Part shown: positions 53,025 through 64,000 of the stretch, piece by piece | How positions within the stretch are numbered: position 1 is the stretch's first letter | Layout of the letters: the number at the start of each line of letters is the position of its first letter | Assembly (NCBI RefSeq): GCF_001194135.2 | Contig: NC_068996.1 | Coordinates: 49,937,876-50,001,875 of the forward strand | From: Octopus bimaculoides | Lineage: Eukaryota | DNA length: 64,000 nt | Reading direction: 5' to 3' | Program-made: the position numbers and the translations under genes | Notes under the pieces: model-generated | The model's database searches: none | Seen by the model: the letters and a program-made list of their open reading frames with translations, nothing else | What the model was told of the DNA's origin: nothing

Positions 53025-56000
53025 GTATATACACACACATATATAATTAATCAAAGGACATACTGAGTATGTCTACCTGCTGTTATTTCAAGCAGGTAGA
53101 CATACTTAGTATGTCCTTTGATTAATTTTACTCCTTCAGTTATTTAATGCTTATTTTGGGGCCTGCAATCGCCTATATTATTCTGTTATCATTTTTAAAT
53201 TGTTACACTAGATAACAGAACATCTTCACAAATTATTTTTTTGTGAATTATATTTTCTCATGAATTATTTGCTCCGTATTGAAATATATACGACCGGTTT
53301 CTTTCAGTTTCCTTCTACCAAATCCATTTACAAGGCTTTGGTTGGCCTGAGTTTATAGTAGAAGACACTTGCCCAAGGCGCCACGCAGTGGGACCGAAGC
53401 TGGGATCATGTGGTTGGGAAGCAAGCTTTTTACCACACAGCCAATCCGGCGCCTTGAACAATTTTTTTTTCTATTGAGAGGAAGAGTAGTGCCTATGATC
53501 ATTTCAGGATCCCCAAGACCTGAAGTCCTAACCCAAATGCTTGGAACTAAATGGACTACAGTCAAGATGCTGAAGAAATATGTGGTATGGTTGAAGCCAG
53601 AAATGGATTAAAATCTACTAAACGAGAACAGAAATTATCAATGACTGGTTTCCACAAGGCTTTGGTTGACCCAGAGCTATGGCAGAAGAAATTTGTCCAA
53701 GGAATGATGTAGTGAGATTGAACTGAAAAACCACATAGCTACAAATTGAAATTTCCAAATATAGTTACACTTACATTCATTTTGTTAGAGTAAATGCTTA
53801 GTTATACAACTGGACGCTCTAGTCGTCACAATAATCATCATCATCAGTTTAACATTCACTTTTCCATGCTTGTAAGGGTTGAAGGCAGATGCCTTACCTG
53901 TCACCAACCCACACATTTCATCATCATCATTGCTTAACATCTGCCTTCCATGATGTTGGTATGGAGGGACAAAATAATTGTTTCGCCTGCAGGGGGACTT
54001 GAACCCACAACTCTCAGATGACTTAAGATTCAAACAGAAAAGTCAGATGCTCTACCAACTGAGCTTTGCAAGCTAACATTTCCAAGTTAATATTTTTCCA
54101 TGGCCTGACATGTTTCCACAAGATATTGAAAATGAATGCCGCTACTCGTTTGACAATGATAATCATTTTACAAGTATCTCATGATGTCAAGACAAGCACA
54201 GCCACGATGGTCTTCTTTCAGTTTCTGTCTACCAAATTCACTAACAAGGCTTTGGTTGACATAGACCTATAATAGAAGATCGTGGAACTGAACCCTTGAG
54301 CATGTGGTTGGAAAGCAAGCTTTTTACCACACAGCTGCAACTAGTTACCGCTTACCAGAAATTGAAACAATCATGTAAATGAAACAAGGTGTAAATAGAT
54401 GAAGATCAAATCATTAGAATTAGTTAGAGTTATGCACCTTCTCCTAGAATAACAAACAGCATGGAATGAACTTACAACTAGGTTTAGCAAGCAACTTGAT
54501 CTTACAAATAATTTTGAATCGCACATTGTAATTTATCTTCCAAGCAGTTTATAGTTAATACTTACCATCATTTCCAACCATTAATTTCATATATCTTTTC
54601 TGCTCTTTCTGAAAAGATAGAAAAAAAAAAAAAAAAAAAAATATATATATACACACACACACACACATATATATATAAAAAGTAAAAAAAAACAAAAAAA
54701 AAAACTATATATATATAATGCTTGCAAATACTATTAAGATTCAGAAAGTAAATGGTGTTCAGTGTGTTTAGGTAAATTAGTAAAAGCAACTCCTGTCCCA
54801 TTGCTTGAAGTTTTAGTGCAAAACTTCAAGGAACAGGAAAGCAATGAAAGTTAACTGTGTGTGTGTGTGTGTGTGTGTTGGGGAGGGGGTGCACCCATAC
54901 ACCATAGAAGACCAGTAAGTCTTTAAACAAAGAAAAAATATAAGATTTTTCACCAGATGTGGTCATGTGGCGAGACATTAGCTTCCCAACTACATGGATT
55001 TGGGTTTAGTCTCACTGCTTGGTACCTTGGGAAAATGTCTTCTACAATAGTCCCACGCTAATCAAAGCTTTGTAAGTGGGCTTGGTAGACAGAAAGTGAA
55101 TGAAGCGGATTGTGTGTGTGTACCTATGTGTGTGTATATGAGTGCAAGCTACTGTCTCCATGCCTTTATACTGCATAACAGACATAAATAAGTTTAAGTC
55201 TCATGCAAGCGGCATCCATTTCCTACCTTCCATGGAACACGTCTTGGCCATGGCATGGGTTGGTGGCGAGAATGGCGACTGATCATAGAAAATCAGCCTC
55301 AACAAATTCTGTCCAACCCATACAAAATAAAGTGGACACTAACACAATGATTTTTGTTTGAGATTACTTAAACAGGAGAGATAACTGACAAGTGGTGTCA
55401 CTGAGCAAAACATTGGTTAATATAATGATTGGCACCAGAGTCCAGGAGAAAAATCTATTATTTTAACATCCTCTTCTCCATGGCTCAGACAAGTGTTCTT
55501 GTCATGCAAATCTTATACAAGTATATTCGCATATGAGGGGGGGGGGNNNNNNNNNNNNNNNNNNNNNNNNNNNNNNNNNNNNNNNNNNNNNNNNNNNNNN
55601 NNNNNNNNNNNNNNNNNNNNNNNNNNNNNNNNNNNNNNNNNNNNNNNNNNNNNNNNNNNNNNNNNNNNNNNNNNNNNNNNNNNNNNNNNNNNNNNNNNNN
55701 NNTATATATATATATATTACATATGAGGGTGTGCTGAAAAGTTTCTGACTTTGGGTAAAAGAAAATAGAGGAGGATCAGTTAATTATGACTTTATTCAAC
55801 ATATTTCCCTCTCAGATTCACACACTTATTGCAATGGTCCTTCAGATTTTCCAAGTCCTGTTAAAGAACTCAGAAGGTTGGGCCTCCAAACCAGGCCTTT
55901 CACAATACCCTTAAAGCCAGGAACTTTTCCCCACCCCCCTCGTAATTGCCAAACACTTACAAATGAAAGCTGTCATTTATTATCAGTTGAAATTCAAATC

Positions 56001-59000
56001 CCAATGAACAGTATTCAGCAAATTTCCCCGAACAATACTTGATTAATAATTTGAAATCCAAAATTAGGATTTGAGCAAACTTCCAAGGCTAACAATGACA
56101 AAATACCCATTCAGACTAAGTACAAATAGGCATTCAATATTTATGCAGTTCTTTTAAGCGTTTAGTTAGAGAGTGAAGAACAGCATCCATGGCATTTTGG
56201 CAGGTAAAGGATGGGAGAAAAAAGAGATTTGGACATATTAACCCAAAGACCTGGCCCAGGTGCTTGCAACAGAACTGATTCAGACTTAATTTGTCACACA
56301 ATTCATTTCTATCAACACTGGAGTACAATGGGTGCATGTTATTGTGGAATAAGTGCTAGCGAGATTTCATCATCATCATCATCACCGTTGTTTAACGTCA
56401 GCTTTCCATGCTAGCATGGGTTGGACGATTTGACTGAGGATTGGTGAAACCAGATGGCTACACCAGGCTCCAATCTGATCTGGCAGAGTTTCTACACCTG
56501 GGTGCTCTTCCTAACGCCAACCACTCAGAGTGTAGTGGATGCTTTTACGTGCCACTGGCACGAAGGCCAGTCACACGGTACTGGCAATGGCCATGCTCAA
56601 ATGGTGCTTTTTATGTGCCACCTGCACAGGAGTCAGTCCAGCGGCACTGGCAACGATCTCGCTCAAAAGTCCTTACACATGCCACGAGCACAAGTGCCAG
56701 AAAGGCATGTGTTCACTCACTAAAGACAGACTGAGAAGGTGAAGAGTTGATGCCCTTTTAGTAACCAACCAAATTTCCAAGGGTTAAATGCTGACTTATG
56801 ATACACCTGGTATTTACAGATGCCACCTTTCTTCTGTTCAGTTTGCAGTTATTGTTTGCATAGTTGTGAAGATTTTAGTGAAAATATTAAAAGAAAAAGA
56901 TTTATACAATAAATTAAATACAATGTTGTGCATACTTACTTCAAAATTTATTCTAGTCTTGAAGTGATTTTTATAGCTGACAATGAAAGGATAACTAGGT
57001 TTGATGAACTTGTACATGGCTACTTTATAACAATCCTGTTTAAGATTAAAAATACATATATTAAATGTATGTACATATGTATAATATATGTGTGTGTGTC
57101 TGTGTGTAAATATAAACAAACATTTGTTTTTATTAGAAGCGTTTGAATGTGTAGTGTACGATACAAACAAAAAGGTGATATTGTTTTGAAACACAGTATT
57201 GCTGTTAGAATGGCAGAAAACAATGAGTAAATTACCCTTACAAGGCGAAAAAAGATGTCAACAAACAGCCAAGTATATATATATCACCATCATCATCGTT
57301 TAACGTCCGCTTTCCATGCTAGCATGGGTTGGACGATTTGACTGAGGACTGGTGAAACCGGATGGCAACACCAAGCTCCAATCTAATTTGGCAGAGTTTC
57401 TACAGCTGGATGCCCTAATACATACATATGCACACACGTGTGCATGCAAGCACACAAAGAAAAAAGTATCACTAAATTTTATCCATCTTCAAAAATTCAT
57501 ATTTAACAAAAACAAATGTTAATCAAATTACTGCAAACTAAATACAGCAGAAGATACGATGCTGAATTGTCTAGAAACAATGTGCTCTTGTAACAAAATG
57601 TAGTCATTGTCATCATTTTAATGCCCACTTTTCCATGCTTGCATGAGTTGGGTCGAGTTGAATGTGGCGGATTAATTTGCCAAAAACCCTCACCAGTTAC
57701 TAAGCAAAGGAAATATTTCTCTCCATGGCCAGACATGTTATCACAGAAGATTGGAAACAAATGACACCACTCGTAGGAGGATGACACTCGTTTACAACCA
57801 ATATGCAATGTCTAGACAAGGAGACACTAACACACAGTGTTCTATATTTTAAAGATGAAGTATTCTGTACATTATTTACATTGGACAGATATGTGTCCTC
57901 ATCTTGTTTCTTGTTACCAAGTTTCAGCTGCTTTACTCTCCAGCCTTCATCAGGTGTCCTTGTAGAATTTTAAACCCAACCCTGGGTTCTCATTCCTAAG
58001 GTATTTTTTTTTTTAGCTGATATTATTTATTCAAGGCACTGCCTGGAAGTGAACTTGGAATCTTGGTGCAATGGTTAAGAGCATGGGCTACTAACCCCAA
58101 GATTCTGAGTTCAATTCCAGGCAGTGCCTTGAATGTTGTGGTAACAACAAACAAGATGAGGACACATATCTGTCCAATGTAAATAAATACACACACACAC
58201 ACACACACGATGAGCTTCTTTCAGCTTACGTCTATCAAATCTATTTACAAGGCTTTGGTCAGCCAAGGGCTATAGTAGAAAATACTTGCTCAAGGTGCCA
58301 CACAATGGGATTGAACCTGAGACCATGTGGTTGGAAAGTGAACTTATCAGTGCCTTAATGCAAAATTAGAGAAATGCAATGTAGATGGTATTTTGGTATG
58401 TTATATTCCATTTTACTGTTAGTTCTTCGTGCAACAAGAGTCTCTGGTTGTATCTATTCCAGCCACTCCATTCACTTGTATTAAGTATCAGTTTAATCAG
58501 TATTCACTCCTAAAAAAACCTGTAGTCATTCTAAGACCGGACAGTAACAGTTAAACAAGGATTCATTGATCAGGTATAATAAGAGAAACAGGCCTGAAGT
58601 CACTCTACCGATTTCTATTTCTAATTCCAGAGTTATCTCCCCTACTTTCCATCACTAGATTTAGCAATTAAAATTCCCATCTCCATTAAGTCATCATCAT
58701 CGTTTAACGTCCGTTTTCCATGCTGGCATGGGTTGGACGGTTTGACTGGGGACTAGCAGGCCAGGAGGCCTCTCCAGACTCCAATCTGATTTGGCAATGT
58801 TTCTACAGCTGGATGCCCTTTCTAATGCCAACCACTCTGAGAGAAGTTAGGCATAAGAGGAATTGGATGCTGTGTGCAAGAGAGAAGACTGTATTTGTTT
58901 GATCATGGGATGCAGGTGGATGCTGACAGTTCCATAAAGAAGTGCTGATCTCTAATAGTGAATGGAACAAGTGGAAGACCCAGGAAGGCATGGGATGAAG

Positions 59001-60442
59001 CACTGAAGAATGATATCAGAACACTGAGCCTTTCAGGCGAGATGACAATAGACCTGTACCCGACAGCAGGAGTGTTAAGACTGTCCTTCTGATGGTGTAA
59101 AAGCACTTTTGGCTGTGCCATGTGAGAGTACCTGTGTAGCACCACATAAAAGCACCCAGCATACTCTGTAAAATGGTTGGTGCTGAGAAAGGCATCTAGT
59201 CATAGAAATCATGTCAAATTAGACTGGAACCTGGTACAGCTCCACAGCTTACCAGCTCTGGTCAGACTGTCCAACCATGCCAGCATGGAAAACAGGCATT
59301 AAATGATGAAGTGTGCCTTTGTATTTGCACCACTGCCCACCACTTGACAACCAGTGTTGGTTTGTTTGCCCCCTGTGACTTAGCAGATTGGCAAAAAGAC
59401 CCCAAACTTAAATAATAAGTACTGGTTTCGATTTGTTCCACTAAACCAGTCAAAGGCAGTACCACAGCACTGCTACACTCCAATAATTGTAACAGGTAAT
59501 TTTTGTGTACCTTTACCTAGACATCATGTGATGGTTGTAAAGATGCATGATCATCATACAAGTGAGGTTGTCCATAAAAAACCATTACCTTGCTTGGAAG
59601 CAGGTGAGGGCTGGCAAAAGGAAGGTGACCCGGCCGTAGAAATATTTGTCTCAACAGATTCTGTCTGACTCATGCAAGCATTGAAATGCAGCATGTGAAA
59701 AAAAACATTTGAGCAAGGTCGTTGCCAGTGCCGGCATGTAAAATACACCATTTTGAGTGTGGCTGTTGCCAGTACCGCCTGACTGACCTTCGTGCCGGTG
59801 GCATATAAAAGCACCCACTACACTCTCGAAGTGGTTGGCGTTAGGAAGGGCATCCAGCTGTAGAAACTCTGCCAAATCAGATTGGAGCCCGGTGTAGCTA
59901 TCTGGTTTCACCTGTCCTCAGTCAAATTGTGCAACCCATGCTAGCATGGAAAACGGACAATGATGATGATGAACAATGAACTGTCACAGTAGAAATACCT
60001 TTTGTTAGATAACAGTGATAAAATTCAAGAATGTATACAATTAGCATTTCCCACCAAATATGGTAAACAGATCAGTACAAACATATACAAAGAAAAAAAA
60101 GCTAAAATAGTAAAGGATTGTTGATTAAAATTAGCTAATACATACATAGGCGAAATGTCCACATAATCCACAATTGGAGCAATAAACCCTTGGGTTACAA
60201 CGAGATGGCACCTTCACAATAGGTCCTTCTTTGGTCTGAAGATCACATTGACATAAAAAATAAAAATAAAAACATTAGATAAAATTTGCCAGATTCTGCA
60301 ACAAAACACTTTTCACAAACAGTTTTTCATGTTTTCAATTTCACATTAGTTTTAATTTTTTTTTAAAGTATTTAACCCTTTAGCATCAGATTATTTTGTT
60401 AAGTAACTTGCAAAGAAAACAGCAATGTCACTGGACACACAC

Positions 60443-60500
<58 letters not shown>

Positions 60501-60988
60501 ATTTGCTGTCCACCCACCATTACTTGACAACTGGTTTTGGTTTGTTTACATCCCTGTAATTTAGCAGTTCAGTATTAGAGTTCAACAAAATAAGTACCAG
60601 TTTAAAGAAAAAAAAAAAGGGTTCCAAGATAAATTTGTTCGACTAAAACTCATCAAGGCAGTGCCCCGGCATAGCAGCAGTCTAATCACTGAAACAAGTA
60701 AAAGATGAAGGATTATTTCCATCAGCTTGAAACAAACTAAATTCTGGATGTAATGAAAAAGAAGAAAGTTCCAATATAAAGTTCATTTTTCACTCGTACA
60801 CAAAAAATGAAACAAAAATACATATATAGGTATAGGAGTGGCTGTGTGGTAAGCAGCTTGCTTACCAACCACACGGTCCCGGGTTCATTCCCACTGTGTG
60901 GCACCTTGGGCAAGTGCCTTTTACTATAGCCTCGGGCCGACCAAAGCCTTGAGTGGATTTGGTAGATGGAAACTGAAAGAAGCCCGTC

Positions 60989-61038
<50 letters not shown>

Positions 61039-63346
61039 AGCATTGCTTGACAACCGATGCTGGTGTGTTTGTCCCCGTAACTTAGCGGTTCGGCAAAACA
61101 GACCAATAGAATAAGTACTCGGCTTACAAAGAATAAGTACTGGGGGTCGATTTGTTCGACTAAAGGCGGTGCTCCAGCATGGCCGCAGTCAAATGACTGA
61201 AACAAGTAAAAGAGAGTGAAGAGAGTAAGACTTACGGTCATATGGTATCTTCTCCAAAGATCAGGGCATTCCTTTAAGAAAAAAAAAAAAAAAAAAAACC
61301 NNNNNNNNNNAAAAAAAAAAAAAAAAAAAAAAACCCATTTAAATTTCAAATTATTCATAACACAATTTCAAGGTCCTAATGAGTAAATAGTGAAACTTAA
61401 CAACTGTTGTCATGAATCAATTATAAGAACAGTAGCAAAATACCTAGTTGGTGTTTAGCACCAGGTCAATAACAATCATGTGGAACTAGGATCAAAAGCT
61501 TCCTACCATGGCCAACCCATCTTTTTGGGGTGTATGTAAGACTATTACTTACTATGTTCTTTGGTCTTTGTAAAACTATTTTCCATCTTTAACTTGTTTA
61601 GGTCATTAGACTGCAGCCACGTTGAAGAATATTTTAGTCGAATGAATCAACTCCGTTATTCATTTTTTAGAGCCTGGTAGTTATTCTATTAGTTCCTTTT
61701 GACAAACCACTAAGTCACGGATATAACCAGATACTGATTGTCAAGTGGTGGTGGGGACAAACATACACAGACACGATGGGCCTTTTTCAGTTTCCATCTA
61801 CCAAATCCACTCACAAGGCTTTGGCCAGCACAAGGTTATAGTAGAAGACATTTGCCCAAGGTTCCATGCAAGAGGACTGAACCCAAAATCACATGGTTGG
61901 GAACCAAGCTTCTTACCACCAAGCCATATCTGTGACATCATCACCTAATACATATACACACAATGATGCGCCTGCCCAGTTCCCACTTACCAATTCCACT
62001 CACAACTTTGGTCAGTCAAGGTCTTATAGCAGAAGACACTCACCAAAGGTGACGCACAGTTAGACCGAACCAAAAGAATTAAGAACTCTACAGCATATAT
62101 GTCAAATAGAACTAATTATGATTACAAGAATTTAGCTGAAATGGAAACAAACGAAATAGTCTGTTGAATGTTTAATATGAACTTAGGAAGACATTAGAAG
62201 CTTTTATCTCAAAGTTGACGGTCTAGTCAAGAGGTTCATCCTCAGCTTGGCTGCCACGACTACTCAGTTGTGAACATCTCAACTAAGGGTGAATCTCACA
62301 GTAGACTGTCAACTTTGCAATAAAAAATACAATATTTACTTTTGTCTAAACTGCGCCTTTTGATACTTGGTTTTAACTGAAGAAAAAAAAGAACGGGATT
62401 TGGCTAATACAAAGGACAAAGCTGATACCAAGTTTGAATATGAAGAGGAAAAAAGAATTCATACCTAGATTTAATACTAAATTAGGGATGTGATTTATGA
62501 GTGTCTGTATATAATCACATATGTATATACTTATCTATATACATACACACTACCCAGTTTTAAGTTCTATAGCAGATGTATTCTATTACTGTTTATCCGA
62601 CCGAAGCTTTGTAATTGAATTTGGTAGGCGGAAGTTACTGCCGTGTGTGTACATGTCTGTGTATGTGCCTCTCTCCCAGAGAGTGAGAAAGGGAATTACC
62701 ATTCATACATTTGTTTAATGGAACACACACAGAATTTGGATCAAATTAGTGAAAAGTTGTGCCAAGAACAGAGAACATCAAGTTAGTGAGTGATAGATTA
62801 GGATTGAAGATTAAATCATTAAGATATCACAGATTTAATTAAATCAATGCAAAACAAACACAAGACCCTTCATGATACAGTTTCTTTAACATTTGAAGAG
62901 ACATAGAATAATAATTTGTTTCTAGCAGAGGTAGAAGATCTGATATTTTAGGAGAGGAGGATAAATGATTATACCAACCCTAGTATTTGACTGGTACTTG
63001 GATTTTATCAAACTCAGAGAGATGAAAGGCAAAACTGAACTTTATGAAATTTGAATAAGGAATATAAAGAACCAGAAAAGAGAAAAAAAAGCAAAGTTTT
63101 TTTTTATCCAATCCTACTCTACTGATTTTGAAAATCCAATAAAAATATTTTTAATAAGTTTCATTTACTTACATGATTCATATGGCCCATTATGTCACAT
63201 CGGGAACAGAGTGCATTATAAGGACGTTTGGGTTCATTGCAATCACGAGCAAGATGTCCAGGGCATTCACAATTATAACAAATACTATTTGGGCACTCTT
63301 GGCCTCTGTGTCCTAAAATTCCACAGAGGTAACATACAAGTGGTTT
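48590..63346 (-). CDS. ZCCHC7: Multi-exon gene, 3' part: zinc finger CCHC domain-containing protein 7 (Air1/Air2-like TRAMP subunit); 5' exons outside window
   Basis: Manual splicing of 9 AG/GT-bounded exons with compatible phases gives KPLVCYLCGILGHRGQECPNSICYNCECPGHLARDCNEPKRPYNALCSRCDIMGHMNH-ECPDLWRRYHMT-TKEGPIVKVPSRCNPRVYCSNCGLCGHFAY-DCYKVAMYKFIKPSYPFIVSYKNHFKTRINFE-KEQKRYMKLMVGND-AEVVKKKKSKKKKRDN-QFQIKAQIDCN-VNKKLKAKKKKNKL-ANKVADKNRSK*. It has four CX2CX4HX4C knuckles, and an LWRRY motif between the last two matches the IWRxY linker motif of Air1/2 and ZCCHC7. The gene name comes from recalled family motifs, not a database search. Confidence 0.88.
48983..49170. mobile_element. piggyBac-type MITE in the last ZCCHC7 intron
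   Basis: TTAA|CCC...GGG|TTAA termini; an opposite-orientation homologue lies at 55-553. Confidence 0.72.
49509..49550 (-). CDS. ZCCHC7: ZCCHC7 Lys-rich microexon (42 nt, phase 1-1) VNKKLKAKKKKNKL
   Basis: Acceptor ttttttgtcttcag|TG, donor CTCG|gtaagt. Confidence 0.7.
50221..50253 (-). CDS. ZCCHC7: ZCCHC7 microexon (33 nt, phase 1-1) xFQIKAQIDCN
   Basis: Acceptor tttattttttgcag|AA, donor AATG|gtaagc. Confidence 0.68.
50365..50700 (-). mobile_element. Degenerate RTE/BovB-like LINE 3' fragment in a ZCCHC7 intron
   Basis: LMYGNET...IAWIDKASN...FLGHVI..IEGKRSRGR remnants. Confidence 0.6.
52237..52284 (-). CDS. ZCCHC7: ZCCHC7 Lys-rich exon (48 nt, phase 1-1) AEVVKKKKSKKKKRDN
   Basis: Acceptor atttctttttcag|CC, donor CAACC|gtaagt. 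Confidence 0.75.
53045..53127. repeat. 83-bp hairpin (37-bp arms, 9-nt loop) in a ZCCHC7 intron
   Basis: aattaatcaaaggacatactgagtatgtctacctgct-gttatttca-agcaggtagacatacttagtatgtcctttgattaatt; 1 mismatch. Confidence 0.9.
53984..54073 (-). tRNA. tRNA-Lys(TTT)-like gene or pseudogene with a 17-nt intron (54020-54036)
   Basis: GCTTGCA-AA-GCTC-AGTTGGTA-GAGC-A-TCTGA-CT-TTT-C-[TGTTTGAATCTTAAGTC]-A-TCTGA-GAGTT-GTGGG-TTCAAGT-CCCCC-TGCAGGC-G. The 7-bp acceptor stem, D stem and A/B boxes are intact and it is 73 nt after intron removal. There is one mismatch each in the anticodon and T stems, and C at position 37. Confidence 0.75.
54566..54608 (-). CDS. ZCCHC7: ZCCHC7 exon (43 nt, phase 0-1) KEQKRYMKLMVGND
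   Basis: Acceptor ttttctatcttttcag|AAA, donor GATG|gtaagt; only frame 0 is open. Confidence 0.8.
55724..55942 (+). mobile_element. Mariner-type MITE (~219 bp)
   Basis: TA|tgagggtgtgctgaaaagtt ... aacttttccccacccccctcg|TA imperfect TIRs with TA TSD; no coding capacity. Confidence 0.75.
56940..57035 (-). CDS. ZCCHC7: ZCCHC7 exon (96 nt, phase 0-0) DCYKVAMYKFIKPSYPFIVSYKNHFKTRINFE
   Basis: Acceptor tttaatcttaaacag|GAT, donor TTTGAA|gtaagt; completes the last knuckle. Confidence 0.88.
57872..58186. mobile_element. Head-to-head inverted pair of a tRNA-headed SINE-like element with a hammerhead-like 3' module
   Basis: 48-bp outer arms (1 mismatch), 38-bp inner arms (3 mismatches), tRNA-like head at 58067-58125, CTGATGA...GAAAC on the minus strand (57953-57921). 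Confidence 0.6.
58845..59310 (+). mobile_element. RTE LINE 3' fragment with tail
   Basis: Similar to the 28420-29012 segment (SGRPRKAWDE...); ends gcattaaatgatgaag. Confidence 0.65.
60146..60235 (-). CDS. ZCCHC7: ZCCHC7 exon (90 nt, phase 0-0) TKEGPIVKVPSRCNPRVYCSNCGLCGHFAY
   Basis: Acceptor gatcttcag|ACC, donor GCCTAT|gtatgt; last zinc knuckle. Confidence 0.9.
60835..61225 (+). mobile_element. tRNA-headed SINE family A, representative copy (head + central (TA/TG)n + core + gaaacaagtaaaagag tail)
   Basis: About 28 copies or fragments in the window, e.g. 847-1220(+), 2150-2510(-), 4010-4410(+), 22245-22625(-), 30010-30365(-), 30965-31330(-), 31975-32345(-), 33235-33612(-), 37920-38330(+), 47610-47985(+), 49770-50070(+), 61590-61930(-); many N-gaps fall in its microsatellite. 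Confidence 0.88.
61236..61271 (-). CDS. ZCCHC7: ZCCHC7 exon (36 nt, phase 0-0) ECPDLWRRYHMT
   Basis: Poly-T tract then cttaaag|GAATGC, donor ATGACC|gtaagt; supplies the final Cys of the preceding knuckle and the WRxY motif. Confidence 0.93.
63173..63346 (-). CDS. ZCCHC7: ZCCHC7 exon (174 nt, phase 0-0): two complete zinc knuckles and most of a third
   Basis: Acceptor ttttttaattttag|AAACCA, donor AATCAT|gtaagt; open frame KPLVCYLC...GHMNH. Confidence 0.93.
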
Positions 63347-64000
63347 CTAAAATTAAAAAAAGAGAAAAGAATGCAAAAAATTTTGAAAAAGAAAAAAAAG
63401 AGAAATATATTTTATAGTCTGATTCTTTTAAACATTTAGAAGTAAAACTATTGCTTGGCAAGTATTTTGAAGTAAGATCTTGTTTTAAAAATGAATCAAT
63501 TATAGAATAGAAAAGACATTTTAACTGTTTAAAGAAGGACAGAAAAAACAAAAAAACCCGGCTGCAATCACTTCATTTTATTTGTTAATAGTACTACCAA
63601 TTATGGTCATTTTAACATTTGTTTTTCCATGCTGGCATCATTTTTAGAACTGCATGCCCCTGTCGCCATTGCTACCCCTAACACTTTCAAATAAATAATC
63701 TCTTATTCTCCGTGTCTTTGAAAGTGCAAAGGCAGCTAAGAGAGCCTGTTGACAGGCATACTGACCACAGCACTACTTGTAGCTCAGATTTTCAGGAAAG
63801 CAAATGTAAACAAATACATACATGCACATCATCGTTTAACATCCGCTTTCCATGCTAGCATGGGTTGGACGATTTGATTGAGGACTGGTGAAATCAGATG
63901 GCAACACCAGGCTCCAATCTAATTTGGCAGAGTTTCTACAGCTGGATACTCTTCCTAACGCTGACCACTCAGTGTATATGCACAGGCATATATATATATA

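Noticed and set aside
60835-60910. SINE heads as functional tRNA genes
   Set aside because: They keep A/B-box-like motifs but no complete cloverleaf, and continue into tRNA-unrelated SINE bodies

Overview
AT-rich, repeat-saturated, gapped (about 19 N-runs) eukaryotic genomic window. The SINE families, microsatellite load and gene content point to an octopod cephalopod (inference; not verifiable here). The only protein-coding gene I can firmly support is the 3' part of a ZCCHC7 / Air1-Air2-like zinc-knuckle gene (TRAMP subunit family) on the minus strand. It has 9 phase-compatible exons from 63346 down to a stop at 48590, and its 5' exons lie beyond the window end. The ORF track misses this gene as a unit and otherwise mostly reports microsatellite, N-gap or transposon artefacts. 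The rest is several tRNA-headed SINE families, RTE-clade LINE fragments and RTE-tail repeats, a DD34D mariner deletion derivative, DD37D transposase relics, mariner- and piggyBac-type MITEs, and simple repeats. The most interesting signals are: (i) hammerhead-ribozyme cores in dispersed repeats, including one in a tRNA-headed SINE-like element; (ii) a ~400-bp inverted copy of nearby DNA inserted into a LINE with microhomology at the junctions; (iii) an intron-containing tRNA-Lys(TTT)-like gene inside a ZCCHC7 intron; (iv) a candidate poison exon and Lys-rich symmetric microexons in ZCCHC7; (v) near-perfect hairpins in and downstream of the gene; (vi) 93-bp SINE-tail tandem arrays that share variants across loci.
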